DNA from: Candidatus Saccharimonadota bacterium
GTDB lineage: Bacteria; Patescibacteriota; Saccharimonadia; Saccharimonadales; Saccharimonadaceae
Reading direction: 5' to 3'
Assembly: GCA_017405345.1 (NCBI GenBank)
Contig: JAFRAP010000058.1
Span: 1-44,695 of the forward strand
Length of the DNA: 44,695 bases
Shown here: positions 1 through 9,851 of the stretch, piece by piece
Numbering within the stretch: position 1 is the first letter of the stretch
Layout of the letters: every line of letters begins with the position of its first letter
The notes under the pieces: model-generated
What the model was told of the DNA's origin: nothing
Seen by the model: only the letters and a program-made list of their open reading frames with translations
Database searches by the model: none
Made by a program: the position numbers and the translations under genes

Positions 1-58
1 ATGACTATCCTCATTCTTTTTAAACTTATTTCATTACTCTTATGCTATAATAATAGCA

Positions 59-598
59 ATGAGAGTTAAGGGTCATAGCACGACGTTTCGTTTGCCTAAG
101 ACGTTTTTTCACCGTCTTCGTCTGGGCTTTTTAGCGGCCTACATTTTTGGCATCGGTATTTACCTTTATTATGGCTTACAGCCTTACCGAGTAGACGCCA
201 GTGCTCCCATCCGGCTAATCGTCCCCAGTATCAATTTATCCACCCCCGTAGATAACGTCACAAAAACCGGCCACAGCCTAGACGTCCCAGAATTTATTGC
301 CGGCGCTTACTCTGAAAACACCAATAAAACTCTCCTCATTGGTCACTCTAACACCGTATTTGAGCGTCTCAACGACTTAAAAATCGGCCAGCGGCTCACC
401 TTTGACGATCAGTCCTACCAAATCACCCGTATCATCACTGCTGCCAAAGCCAATATCAGCATGCCAGACATTCTTTCTCCCGTATCAACCCCCACCGTCA
501 TCTTGATGACCTGCACCGGCACTCACTTAGGCGGCCACGACTACAGTCACCGTCTCATCATCACTGCAGAAGCCGTCACTACACTTTCTGCAATTTAA
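59..598 (+). CDS. Sortase (class F-like)
   Basis: N-terminal TM helix; His in GHS, LMTC catalytic Cys and a downstream Arg (HRLII). Confidence 0.8.
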   Translation: MRVKGHSTTFRLPKTFFHRLRLGFLAAYIFGIGIYLYYGLQPYRVDASAPIRLIVPSINLSTPVDNVTKTGHSLDVPEFIAGAYSENTNKTLLIGHSNTVFERLNDLKIGQRLTFDDQSYQITRIITAAKANISMPDILSPVSTPTVILMTCTGTHLGGHDYSHRLIITAEAVTTLSAI

Positions 599-2567
599 CC
601 GCAAAGCCGCCACCCGGCGCCATCCAAATGTCTAAATAGTCACTTTTTAATACTTTACGCGTTTCAATCGTCATCCCTAGTGGGTTATCACGGTAGTGTG
701 CCGTATCTGCATCCCGATAAATCTCTGCTAAATATTCACCATCCTCTAAAAAGTCCAGGTTAAGGCGCACCCGATGCGCCTCTTCATTAGTTACGCCGCC
801 AATATACCAATCGGCCGATGCCCGGTCTTGCCTTGCCACCACATAATAGTCACCAATTCGCCCCAGCAGCGGTACGGTCTTTTCCCAATTTATTGGCACC
901 GTACGGATAAATTCATAGGCATCCGGATGCACCTCTTCATAAAATCTTGGGCGATCCGCCGCCATCTGCATCCCAGAATAAATCGTGACATAATACGCCA
1001 GCTGCCGCGCTAAAGTCGTGGCTAAGCGCTTTGCTACATTGGTAATGTCAAAGATGCCAGAGGTATAGTCCATCCCTCCAGCCAGCAGCCGTGTAAAGGG
1101 GATAATACAAGCATGCGACGGGCTAAGCGCCCCACCTTCATATTCCTGACCTCGCGCACCTTCACGCGTTAAAAGATTAGGCCAGGTACGTTCCGTACCA
1201 GTCCCCTTGATTGGCTCATGCACATCCAGCATAATCTGATATTTCGCAGCTAATTCCACCGCCTTCTGATAATGCAGCACTCCCGCCTGAGAATGATGAA
1301 ACTCTTTGCGACCCTGTATCACCATCATAGAACCAGCATAGCCCGGCTTAATATAATGAATGCCGTTTTTTGTGTAATATTTATAGGCTTCTTCTAGCTG
1401 ACGCTCATAATTATCTACAAAGCCCACCGTCTCGTGATGACCCACCAGCTCCACCCCATGCTCATGTGCATGCTGTGCCACTTTTGCGAGGTCAAAATCT
1501 GCCACTGGCTTTAAGAAGTCTGTAGAAGCACCGTTTTGCAGCCAGTCTCCGTCCCAACCATTATTCCAGCCTTCCACCAGTAACCCACCAATACCCAATC
1601 TTTTACAGGCGTCAATGTATTGAATCGCATGCTCAGTGGTGGCACCATGCCGATCCCCCTGTGCCCAAGTCCACTCCCCCACAAACATCGCCCACCAAAT
1701 CCCCATGAATTTCAGTGGCTTCACCCAGCTAAAGTCCTGCTTGGGCGGGTCGTTTAAATTTAAAACTATTCTGTTCACTGTCAACTCAATCGCAGAGTCC
1801 GCAATCATCACTACCCGCCACGGCGTGTTAAACGGCAAGTCCACATATGCTCTCATCCCATCAGATAGCGGAGTAATCAACGATTGCAAGCGATTGTTAG
1901 CGTTCATTTGCAGCGTCATGGAGCCATAATTATAAAGTGCCGCCTCATGCACCGCAATAAAATGCCCCAGCGGCGTCTCAATCGTCAGCGGCGTATGCAC
2001 CGGTGAAGTTAAGGAATACACCGGCCAACGCTCGTAATTATACTCATACCGATCTGGCTGAAAGGCCGGGATTCGCCAAGCCGAGCCGTTAGTGTCTGCA
2101 TTAAATTCCGTCAGCTCATCTGCAATAATCAGCCGTTGGAATTTTGGCTGTGGCGGAATCTCATATCTAAAAGCCACTCCGTCATTAAACACTCTAAATC
2201 GCACTGTAAAGAGTCGCTTATTGCCCGATGCTTCTGACAGGTACAATGCGGACTCCGTATAATTATTCACAATTATCCGCGCCTCACCCACCAAGTTTTC
2301 CCATTGGTCATCCACGGTTTTATTATTTACCCGAACAATCGTTAGCCCCTGACCTAGTGGCTCTTCGCCCTTCAGATTCAGCCCTAAATTAGACTCTCTA
2401 AGCACCACCTTACCGTCTTTTTTCACAGAATAAAATAGCTTGCCAAGTCGCAAGTTCACGCGCACCACTACTCGCCCATCCGGGGAAGCAATCTCTTCGT
2501 CGTAGTCTAAGAGTGGTTTTTTCCAGAAAGTTCTCTGGAGCCACCCAAAAAAACCGCTTTTCGCCAT
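579..2567 (-). CDS. Glycoside hydrolase family 97 (SusB-like alpha-glucosidase)
   Basis: Motifs GIWW, HGATT, GHHET, DVHEP, REGARGQEY, PFTRLLAGGMDYT, APGGGFA. Confidence 0.9.
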   Translation of the reverse strand: MAKSGFFGWLQRTFWKKPLLDYDEEIASPDGRVVVRVNLRLGKLFYSVKKDGKVVLRESNLGLNLKGEEPLGQGLTIVRVNNKTVDDQWENLVGEARIIVNNYTESALYLSEASGNKRLFTVRFRVFNDGVAFRYEIPPQPKFQRLIIADELTEFNADTNGSAWRIPAFQPDRYEYNYERWPVYSLTSPVHTPLTIETPLGHFIAVHEAALYNYGSMTLQMNANNRLQSLITPLSDGMRAYVDLPFNTPWRVVMIADSAIELTVNRIVLNLNDPPKQDFSWVKPLKFMGIWWAMFVGEWTWAQGDRHGATTEHAIQYIDACKRLGIGGLLVEGWNNGWDGDWLQNGASTDFLKPVADFDLAKVAQHAHEHGVELVGHHETVGFVDNYERQLEEAYKYYTKNGIHYIKPGYAGSMMVIQGRKEFHHSQAGVLHYQKAVELAAKYQIMLDVHEPIKGTGTERTWPNLLTREGARGQEYEGGALSPSHACIIPFTRLLAGGMDYTSGIFDITNVAKRLATTLARQLAYYVTIYSGMQMAADRPRFYEEVHPDAYEFIRTVPINWEKTVPLLGRIGDYYVVARQDRASADWYIGGVTNEEAHRVRLNLDFLEDGEYLAEIYRDADTAHYRDNPLGMTIETRKVLKSDYLDIWMAPGGGFAVKLQKV

Positions 2568-2613
2568 GTTATCATTATATCATAACCACTTTCAGATATG
2601 CTATAATAAAACC

Positions 2614-4122
2614 ATGATTAGATCTCGCCGTCCTCGCCAAGAAAAAAGACCGACTTTCCTCATTTGCCTCATCATCTTCATTGCAGCCTTTCTTGCTGCC
2701 TTTTTTGTCGCCAAATTCTTTACCTCCGGGTTCGTCACAAATCTTTTCTTCACACCCGGCGTCGTTACTTACGATGAATCCCTCAGTGAGTCAGAAGTTG
2801 CCTTTTTAAAGCCTCTCTTAGAAGGCACCGAGGACACCCCGATCACTCTCAAGCATGATATTCTCATCTCTGCTTCTGAGGGCACCACCCCACCAAAGGA
2901 TACTGAGCATTATCTCACTTATGATATATTAGTTCCAGTAGCAGATTTTTATTACGCCCCTAGCAATATCTCATCGGCCGAGCTTACTACTACAGAAGGA
3001 GTCCAGCTAATTTCCATTAGCACTCTTCAGCACAGCCAAAAGCTCCTGTCTTTAGATGGTTATTACTTCTTTGACGATTTTACAAATGGCGCAGTTTATC
3101 GCTCCCTTATCTTTACCGGGTCAGACCCAGCCGAGTCCATGGATTTAATTCGGTCGCACTTGCCAACCTTCCCCACTAAAGACACTACGCTCTCTCTTAC
3201 CCAGACTGGCGTCACCGCTCTAGCCCGACTGATGGTCGCCAAACTAAACAGCGTGGGCGATGCCACTTATTTTACTAAGAATATCGCAGATTATTTAAGC
3301 AGCGCCGATCTCACTCACCTCTCTAATGAGGTCTCCTTTGCCAGCCCCTGCAACAGCACCGCCGGCTCCGTCGTTCTTTGTGCCGATCCACGCATGGCCG
3401 ATGCCATCACCGCCGTTGGCGCAGATATCATAGAGCTTACCGGCAACCATAATAATGATTATGGTCAGCAAGCCAACTTAGACACCATCGCTAAATACGC
3501 CGAGCTTGGGCTAGAGACTTTTGGTGGCGGTAAAGACGAAGCCACCGCTGCCAAACCATTAGAAATTGACCAAAAATCCGCTAAAATCACTCTGCTTGGC
3601 TACAATCAGTCCACTTCTACCAAGGCTAACGGCCAGGGTGCAAGCGGCAGCAAGCCCGGTGCTAATATTTACAGCAGGGAAAAGGCCGCCGCCGACATCG
3701 CCACCGCCAAGGCTCGTGGAGATTTCATCATTGTAGATGTGCAGTATTTTGAGTGTTACTCTTATCCAGATTATGGCGCAGAAATGCCTTCCTGCGATGC
3801 CCCCATCTCTGGCCAGCAAGAGCTGTTTCGGGACTTAATTGACCTTGGTGCAGACATGGTCATTGGCACTCAAGCCCACCAACCCCAAACTTTTGAGCTT
3901 TATAATGGTAAGCCTATTTACTATGGCCTCGGCAATCTCTTCTTTGATCAAACTCACTGGCCTGGCACCACTCGTGGCATTATTCTCACTCATTATTTTG
4001 TTAACGGCAAGTATGTCCAGACTCGTCTTGCTCCCACCGTTTACGACAAAGATTTACAAGTAAAATTAATGGATGAGGAGGATTCCATATGGTTCATAAA
4101 CCGTTTAAACCAAGCCAGATAG
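2614..4122 (+). CDS. CapA/PgsA family metallophosphatase-like protein, membrane anchored
   Basis: GNHNNDYG, GADMVIGTQAH and YYGLGNLFFDQ motifs; start moved to ATG 2614, 6 nt after TGCTATAAT. Confidence 0.85.
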   Translation: MIRSRRPRQEKRPTFLICLIIFIAAFLAAFFVAKFFTSGFVTNLFFTPGVVTYDESLSESEVAFLKPLLEGTEDTPITLKHDILISASEGTTPPKDTEHYLTYDILVPVADFYYAPSNISSAELTTTEGVQLISISTLQHSQKLLSLDGYYFFDDFTNGAVYRSLIFTGSDPAESMDLIRSHLPTFPTKDTTLSLTQTGVTALARLMVAKLNSVGDATYFTKNIADYLSSADLTHLSNEVSFASPCNSTAGSVVLCADPRMADAITAVGADIIELTGNHNNDYGQQANLDTIAKYAELGLETFGGGKDEATAAKPLEIDQKSAKITLLGYNQSTSTKANGQGASGSKPGANIYSREKAAADIATAKARGDFIIVDVQYFECYSYPDYGAEMPSCDAPISGQQELFRDLIDLGADMVIGTQAHQPQTFELYNGKPIYYGLGNLFFDQTHWPGTTRGIILTHYFVNGKYVQTRLAPTVYDKDLQVKLMDEEDSIWFINRLNQAR

Positions 4123-4997
4123 CTCTAATCGCCGTATCTGCTGTGGCGGTCATCATTGTGGGAATTGTGATCGCCTTACTATTAACCGGCCAGCAGCAAA
4201 GCCCTACTAACCAGCCAGAGCAGCCCGCCACCAGCGAGCCAACTGAGCCAAGCTCCGCTAAGCAGCCAATTGACTTACAGTTTGCTGTAGACCAATGGAC
4301 TTCCATTATTTCTGGTACTGCTGGCGTCATGATCTATGACTTAGATAATAAAATTGTCGTGGCACGCCACAACGAAAACGAGTCTTTCAATATCGCCTCA
4401 CTGTATAAGCTCTTCGTCATGCTAGAAGGATATTTACGCATCGCTCGCGGTCAGTGGAGCAGCGACGAGCCTTACCTCGGCAATTGGACTCGCTTAAAGT
4501 GTCTTAATTTGATGATCAGTGAGTCCAACTCCCCCTGTGCTGAAAAGATGTGGGGTGAAATTGGCAAAGCCGAGTTAGACGAAATTTACCGTGCTAAAGG
4601 CTTCGGCACCGCCACTAACATCAGCAGCATCACTTCCACCCCGGCAGAGATTCTCAAGCTTATGCAGCTTATCTGGCAGCACGCCGGCTTAAATGAAGAG
4701 TACTGGTCTGCTATCCGCGACAGTCTATTGATTCAGCCCACCACCACACACAACTGGCGCCAGGGCTTACCCTCCGGCTTTAGCAACGCTAAAGTTTATA
4801 ACAAGGTGGGCTGGTATAGTGCTGATGGGCGGAAATGGAGCCTTTACCATGACGCCGCCTTTGTGGAGTTTCCAGACTTAGACCGTCACTACATTGTGGT
4901 AGTCTTAACCAAGAATGTCTCACCAAACGAAATCGTCCGCCTCGGGCGCAATATTGAAGCCGCGGTACTAGTCGGCTCTGGCGCACAAGAACGCTAA
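4089..4997 (+). CDS. Serine hydrolase, class A beta-lactamase/PBP-like fold
   Basis: SxxK (SLYK), SNS at the SDN position, KVG at the KTG position; N-terminal TM and a P/Q/E linker. Confidence 0.8.
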   Translation: MVHKPFKPSQIALIAVSAVAVIIVGIVIALLLTGQQQSPTNQPEQPATSEPTEPSSAKQPIDLQFAVDQWTSIISGTAGVMIYDLDNKIVVARHNENESFNIASLYKLFVMLEGYLRIARGQWSSDEPYLGNWTRLKCLNLMISESNSPCAEKMWGEIGKAELDEIYRAKGFGTATNISSITSTPAEILKLMQLIWQHAGLNEEYWSAIRDSLLIQPTTTHNWRQGLPSGFSNAKVYNKVGWYSADGRKWSLYHDAAFVEFPDLDRHYIVVVLTKNVSPNEIVRLGRNIEAAVLVGSGAQER

Positions 4998-4999
4998 TT

Positions 5000-5926
5000 T
5001 TATCCCAGCAGTAGCATCACCATCAGTGGCATCGTCCCAGCAGAAAAAATCGTTGAGATAGCCACTAGCTCTGAAGATTCAATCTCATTACCACCGTATT
5101 TCGTGGCAAATAGCCCTAAGCTCGTGGCCGTTGGCAAGGTCTGAATTAGCGTGCAGACCGCCACTACCTCATCTGGGAAACGCAGGAAAATCAGCGCAAG
5201 ATACGTCACCACCGGCCCCACGAACAGCTGGATAATAGCCGTCAGCATCAAGCGCCAACGGCGAATTAACTTGCTAAACTCCGCCTTAGACAGCATAAAG
5301 CCAATACAGATGATAGAAAGTGGAGTAGTGGCTGAGCCAACGTAGCTCACGGCATCCGTTAAGAAGCTAGGCAAGCTCACCCCAGCTAAATAAAAAATCA
5401 TTCCCAGCACCACTGCAATGATGTTTGGGTTGGTTAGCACTCGCCCCAATAACTTTGGTGTTAGCTTCCGTTCAAATAGATAAATGCCGTAAGAAAACAG
5501 TGCTACGTTGAATGCCACGATAAATCCGCAATAAGCAATAATTCCCGACTCACCAAAAGTATTCACTACAATCGGGTATCCTAAAAAGGTGGCATTATTA
5601 AAAATCAGCGCAAACTGCGATTCAAATCTCAGCTCCCCCTTGTAAAGCCCTTTCATAAAAATTAGCCTAGATAGCAGCACTAGCAAAATCATTACCACCA
5701 CGCCGCCACCTAAACCATAAAAGAACAGCTGGGTATATTCTTCACTATACACACCCGGAAAAGCCGAAAACAGCGAAGCTGGCATAAACACCGTCAAAAG
5801 CAAGTTCACTAGCTGCTTATTAGTATCGGTGCTAATCAATTTAATTTTACCCAGGATAAACCCCAGTACAATAATCAATCCAATCGCTGCTAATCTTGCG
5901 TAAAAATGTTCTAAGCTAATATCCAT
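5000..5926 (-). CDS. AEC family transporter
   Basis: About 10 TM segments; NATFLGYP, NPNIIA and LPTA motifs. Confidence 0.85.
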   Translation of the reverse strand: MDISLEHFYARLAAIGLIIVLGFILGKIKLISTDTNKQLVNLLLTVFMPASLFSAFPGVYSEEYTQLFFYGLGGGVVVMILLVLLSRLIFMKGLYKGELRFESQFALIFNNATFLGYPIVVNTFGESGIIAYCGFIVAFNVALFSYGIYLFERKLTPKLLGRVLTNPNIIAVVLGMIFYLAGVSLPSFLTDAVSYVGSATTPLSIICIGFMLSKAEFSKLIRRWRLMLTAIIQLFVGPVVTYLALIFLRFPDEVVAVCTLIQTLPTATSLGLFATKYGGNEIESSELVAISTIFSAGTMPLMVMLLLG

Positions 5927-5945
5927 ACCTTCATTTTACCATAAG

Positions 5946-5970
5946 AAAAACGCCCAAAAGGGCGATTTTT
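5946..5970 (-). terminator. Intrinsic terminator after tRNA-Gln
   Basis: cgccc-aaaa-gggcg hairpin flanked by A and T tracts. Confidence 0.6.
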
Positions 5971-5979
5971 AACTCGGTA

Positions 5980-6054
5980 TGGCTGGGGATGAGGGATTCG
6001 AACCCCCGAATGCTGGGACCAGAACCCAGTGCCTTACCACTTGGCGAATCCCCA
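5980..6054 (-). tRNA. tRNA-Gln(CTG)
   Basis: Reverse complement TGGGGAT...ATCCCCA-G-CCA; anticodon arm CTGGG-TTCTGGT-CCCAG; T loop GTTCGAATC. Confidence 0.95.
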
Positions 6055-6127
6055 ACGCTAAAGTCAATTATATCACAAATTTTTTTAAAATCTATGCTAT
6101 AATAAGCATAACAAGAAAGGAATTCGC

Positions 6128-6430
6128 ATGGAAGGAAACAACAATCCATCAGAAAATAATCCACCTGTAGCACCTGTGCCACCAGCCGAGCCGGCACCTC
6201 ATCCAGCTTCAGAGCCAATCACAGAGCCACAGTCAGCCGCACCGCTAACCCCAGAGCCAGCTACGCCGGCTCCGGAACCAGCTGCATCATCAGCTCCAGA
6301 GCCAGCCACCCCAGCTCCAGAGCCGAAAGTTAAAAAAAGCATCTCTGCCAAGCTCCCCATCATCATCGTCGTAGCCGGAGTAGTTATCGCAGCTTTAATT
6401 GTGGGCGCTGCCCTCTTCATGTCACAATAA
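6128..6430 (+). CDS. Pro/Ala/Glu-rich small protein with C-terminal TM anchor
   Basis: PEPATPAPEP repeats, basic patch then hydrophobic helix; AAAGGA SD and upstream TGCTATAAT. Confidence 0.7.
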   Translation: MEGNNNPSENNPPVAPVPPAEPAPHPASEPITEPQSAAPLTPEPATPAPEPAASSAPEPATPAPEPKVKKSISAKLPIIIVVAGVVIAALIVGAALFMSQ

Positions 6431-6451
6431 ACTTATGCTATAATCTATATC

Positions 6452-8236
6452 ATGGAAATATCGGTGGGCCAAACTAATTCTTCAGACAATCTTGCAGACA
6501 AGCTACTTTTTCATCCGCTGGATAACATTGAGGATGTAGAGGAGTTTTACACTGCTATTAATCGCTCCAGTCTTACCAAGGCGCTCTCGGAAGAGCGCCC
6601 ATATACCTATTGGACGATTGAGCTATATGATAAAAAGAACGGTATTCGCGGCGGTGGCGGCTTAGGTGTTCTAGCTGCTGACACTCGTCGGGTAGCAGAA
6701 GAGCAATCCGTCCCCTTTGTCCTAGTAACGCCGTTTTATCCGTCCGAGCAACACCAGCATTACGAATATAGAAATGGTGAATCGCTCAATTACACCTCCC
6801 ATGAGCCGGTAGATTATTCTCAGTATGGCTTTGATTTTCTTGACACTGTTAATATTAAAGCTGGTGGCCAAATCTGTAGCCTAGACGTGGTAGAAAAAAT
6901 TCTCGGCTCTACCCGCATTCTCTGCATCACCGAGCCAGGTTTTGGCGAGCTATACTCTGGTGAATCCGGTGGAGATCATCGTCTTTATCAAGAGGTGGCA
7001 TTGGGTTTTGGTGGCTACCAAGCCTTAAAACTTGCCGGCTTAAAGCCAGCTATCATGCAACTCAATGAAGTTGCCACTTTCTTTGCAGCATTAGCCCGCC
7101 TAGACGAGCTGGCCTCTAACGGCATGGATTTTTACGAGGCTGTGGTTTACACGCGCAAGCACACCCTGTATACTAACCACACTCTGGTCCAAGCTGCCGA
7201 GGCCGACTTTAGCTATGATCAGTTTGAGCGTTACGTTTTTCCCAATCTTAAATCTCCTGCCGTCCGCAAGTGGCTATCCGACAAGTTTGATAACGGCCGG
7301 ATTCGCCTCTCTACCGTCACCATTGAGATTGCCGAACTACGCTCTGGCGTGTCTAAACTTCATGCTCGCGTGGCCAATTATCACGATTTAGCCGGCAACA
7401 AAGTAAAGTTTAAGGCCGTCACCAATGGTATTGACATCCCCACCTGGACTAGCGAGGCTATTACCGATTTTCTAGAAGAAAAGGGAATTATTGACAAGTT
7501 TTATCTCCCGGCCGCAGATTACGAGGAAAAGATTGACCAAGTCACTGCCACCGAGATAAAAAGCCTTAAGTCCAAGGCTCGCGCCGAACTTAACCAAGTA
7601 CTCTCACACCGGGTTGACCAATACGGCAATCATCCGGTAGTAGAAGATGATGCGCTAATTTATGATTTTAAACGTCGTTTTGTGGATTATAAGCGCCCCT
7701 GGCTCCCCTTTACTGACCCAGCTCGCATCGCTGAAATCCTAGAAAAGCACAACATCCACTACTTCCTCGCCGGGCGTGTCCATGAGGGCGACTCAGTCAT
7801 GAGCGGCCGGCTTAAGAATCTCCTCACTATTGTAGACCAAAATCCCATCTTAAAGCGCCGCGTTCATTATTTACCAGATTATGACGAAGAGTTAGGTCGC
7901 GCTCTATCTGTGGGCGCCAACGTCTCCATTAACACCCCCATCGTAGGGCTAGAAGCCTGCGGGACTTCCTGGATGAAAGATATTATCAATCTTGGCATCC
8001 TCATCTCCACCCACGACGGCGGCGTAGCTGATGCCTCCTCGGATAGCTACCTAAATATCTCTGGTTCGTCTGAGCACCAAGAAGTAGAGAGTCTGTATCA
8101 ACGCATGGAAGAGGCTGCCAACGCCTGGCATAGCGACTTTGACCTAGAATACATTATTAAAACCGAGCTTAAAGCCTACCTACCGGTAATTTCTGGCACG
8201 CGCATGTTGAAAGATTATCTTGACTTTCTCTTTTAA
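6452..8236 (+). CDS. glgP: Alpha-glucan (glycogen/maltodextrin) phosphorylase, compact form
   Basis: GGGGLGVL, NGID, RRFVDYKRP and EACGTSWMK (PLP lysine) motifs. Confidence 0.85.
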   Translation: MEISVGQTNSSDNLADKLLFHPLDNIEDVEEFYTAINRSSLTKALSEERPYTYWTIELYDKKNGIRGGGGLGVLAADTRRVAEEQSVPFVLVTPFYPSEQHQHYEYRNGESLNYTSHEPVDYSQYGFDFLDTVNIKAGGQICSLDVVEKILGSTRILCITEPGFGELYSGESGGDHRLYQEVALGFGGYQALKLAGLKPAIMQLNEVATFFAALARLDELASNGMDFYEAVVYTRKHTLYTNHTLVQAAEADFSYDQFERYVFPNLKSPAVRKWLSDKFDNGRIRLSTVTIEIAELRSGVSKLHARVANYHDLAGNKVKFKAVTNGIDIPTWTSEAITDFLEEKGIIDKFYLPAADYEEKIDQVTATEIKSLKSKARAELNQVLSHRVDQYGNHPVVEDDALIYDFKRRFVDYKRPWLPFTDPARIAEILEKHNIHYFLAGRVHEGDSVMSGRLKNLLTIVDQNPILKRRVHYLPDYDEELGRALSVGANVSINTPIVGLEACGTSWMKDIINLGILISTHDGGVADASSDSYLNISGSSEHQEVESLYQRMEEAANAWHSDFDLEYIIKTELKAYLPVISGTRMLKDYLDFLF

Positions 8237-8248
8237 GTTTGTTACAAT
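8220..8248 (+). promoter_or_regulatory. Sigma70-type promoter of secE-nusG
   Basis: TTGACT-17 nt-TACAAT with extended TG. Confidence 0.7.
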
Positions 8249-8295
8249 ACTCTTGACAGTCTCGGGAGAGACTATTTTTAGTGGGAAAGGAGATT

Positions 8296-8661
8296 ATGGC
8301 AAAAGTCACAAGAATTAAAGCCAAAGATCACACCGAAAAAGAGGCGGAAAAGCCGGCCAGCAAAAAGGCTGCGCCCGTCAAGCAACCCAGCAAAAAGGTT
8401 AAGCAGAAGACTCCCAAAAAGCCCATGCCCAAGTGGCTCAAGATTATCACTTGGCCCTTCCGGATGGTGGCTAAACCATTCATCATGCTTGGTCGCTACA
8501 TCCGCGACTCTTGGCGCGAGATTCGCCAAGTCCGTTGGCCTTCTCGTTCTGCAACCTGGAAGATGGTGCTAGCCGTATTTATTTACGCCGGCTTCTTCAT
8601 CATCTTAATCATGTTGCTAGACGCGTTCTTCACCTGGCTCTTTAACCTACTACTAGGATAA
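8296..8661 (+). CDS. secE: Preprotein translocase subunit SecE
   Basis: EIRQVRWPS motif plus TM helix, upstream of nusG; AAGGAG SD before ATG 8296. Confidence 0.9.
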   Translation: MAKVTRIKAKDHTEKEAEKPASKKAAPVKQPSKKVKQKTPKKPMPKWLKIITWPFRMVAKPFIMLGRYIRDSWREIRQVRWPSRSATWKMVLAVFIYAGFFIILIMLLDAFFTWLFNLLLG

Positions 8662-8696
8662 CACTTTAATATCAATCAATTCCGAAGGAGAAAATT

Positions 8697-9242
8697 ATGG
8701 CAGTTAACAGATATGATGACACTCGTGCCTGGTATGCTATTAACACCTACTCTGGCTACGAGGATAAAGTTGCTGACAGTATCAAGCAGCGCATTGGCAC
8801 GATTGACCTAAAGAATAAAATCTTTGATGCAATTGTTCCTAAAGAAAAGCAAATAGAGATTAAAAACGGCAAGCGCAAAGTCGTAGACCGCAAGATTTTT
8901 CAAGGTTACGTACTGGTAGAGATGAAGCTCTCCGACGAAACCTGGTATATCATTCGTAACACTCCTGGCGTTACTGGCTTTGTTGGTACCGGCACCCAGC
9001 CCACTCCCGTATCAGAAAAGGAAATCGCCAAGATTAAGAAGCGCATGGGCGTAGAAGATCCTAAATTCTCTATCAACTACGCTATCGGGGAAGTGGTCTC
9101 CATCACAGACGGCCCATTTAAGGGCTTTGATGGCACCATCTCTGAGGTTGATTCCACTAAGGGCAAGCTCAAGGTGATGGTTTCTATGTTTGGCCGTGAG
9201 ACACCTGTTGAGCTAGACGCTCTCCAGGTACAAAAGATTTAA
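8697..9242 (+). CDS. nusG: Transcription termination/antitermination factor NusG
   Basis: WYAINTYSGYE, RNTPGVTGFVG, KOW motif, MFGRETPVE. Confidence 0.97.
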   Translation: MAVNRYDDTRAWYAINTYSGYEDKVADSIKQRIGTIDLKNKIFDAIVPKEKQIEIKNGKRKVVDRKIFQGYVLVEMKLSDETWYIIRNTPGVTGFVGTGTQPTPVSEKEIAKIKKRMGVEDPKFSINYAIGEVVSITDGPFKGFDGTISEVDSTKGKLKVMVSMFGRETPVELDALQVQKI

Positions 9243-9267
9243 TCCTATCTTTTCATTATAGCATATC

Positions 9268-9296
9268 TTGCATTTTTTGTCAAGATAGGGTATAAT
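9268..9296 (+). promoter_or_regulatory. Promoter of rplK
   Basis: TTGCAT-17 nt-TATAAT. Confidence 0.7.
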
Positions 9297-9335
9297 AGAA
9301 CCGTTACGCGCTCTATTTAAGGAGTATTTATTATT

Positions 9336-9767
9336 ATGGCAGAAGAAAAGAAAGCTATCGGCAATCTCAAGTTGCGCATCCCTGGTGGTCGCGCCACCGC
9401 CGGCCCACCGGTTGGTTCCACCCTTGGTCAATGGGGTTTAAATATGATGGACTTCATTAACCCGTTTAATGAAGCCACCAAAGATTTTAACGGCAAGAAC
9501 GTCATCGTTCATATCAAGGTTTATGAAGATCGCACCTTTGACTGGACCTGTCTTGGTCAGCCTGTAGACGATCTCATCCGCGAGGCCATTAAAATCGGGA
9601 AAGGTTCCGGCAAGCCAAACACCGAGAAGGTCGGTAAAATCACCAAGGCTCAGCTAGAAGAAATCGCCAAGGTTAAGATGGAGCAGCTCAACGCTGTAGA
9701 TTTAGACGGCGCCGTTAAGGTGGTCGCTGGCACTGCTCGCTCTATGGGCGTAGAAGTCGTAGACTAA
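9336..9767 (+). CDS. rplK: 50S ribosomal protein L11
   Basis: ATAGPPVGSTLGQ and GTARSMGV. Confidence 0.97.
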   Translation: MAEEKKAIGNLKLRIPGGRATAGPPVGSTLGQWGLNMMDFINPFNEATKDFNGKNVIVHIKVYEDRTFDWTCLGQPVDDLIREAIKIGKGSGKPNTEKVGKITKAQLEEIAKVKMEQLNAVDLDGAVKVVAGTARSMGVEVVD

Positions 9768-9778
9768 TCACCAAGCTT

Positions 9779-9807
9779 AAAAACACCCTAGCAATAGGGT
9801 GTTTTTT
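9779..9807 (+). terminator. Intrinsic terminator after rplK
   Basis: aaaaacacccta-gcaa-tagggtgtttttt. Confidence 0.85.
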
Positions 9808-9851
9808 ATGTTATAATAATAGCAGTGGGAGTTCTTTAAAAGGAGGGATTT

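Noticed and set aside
4089-4997. Calling this gene a beta-lactamase resistance gene
   Set aside because: The motifs deviate (SNS, KVG) and it is membrane-anchored beside a capA-family gene; a cell-wall peptidase role is equally plausible.
5931-6218. ORFs 5931-6218(-) and 5979-6170(+)
   Set aside because: Shadow ORFs overlapping tRNA-Gln and its promoters.
6170-6330. Repeats in the PEPATPAPEP protein as a CRISPR or mobile repeat, or the protein as a sortase substrate
   Set aside because: The repeats are degenerate at synonymous positions (protein-level), and there is no LPxTG-like motif or basic C-terminal tail.
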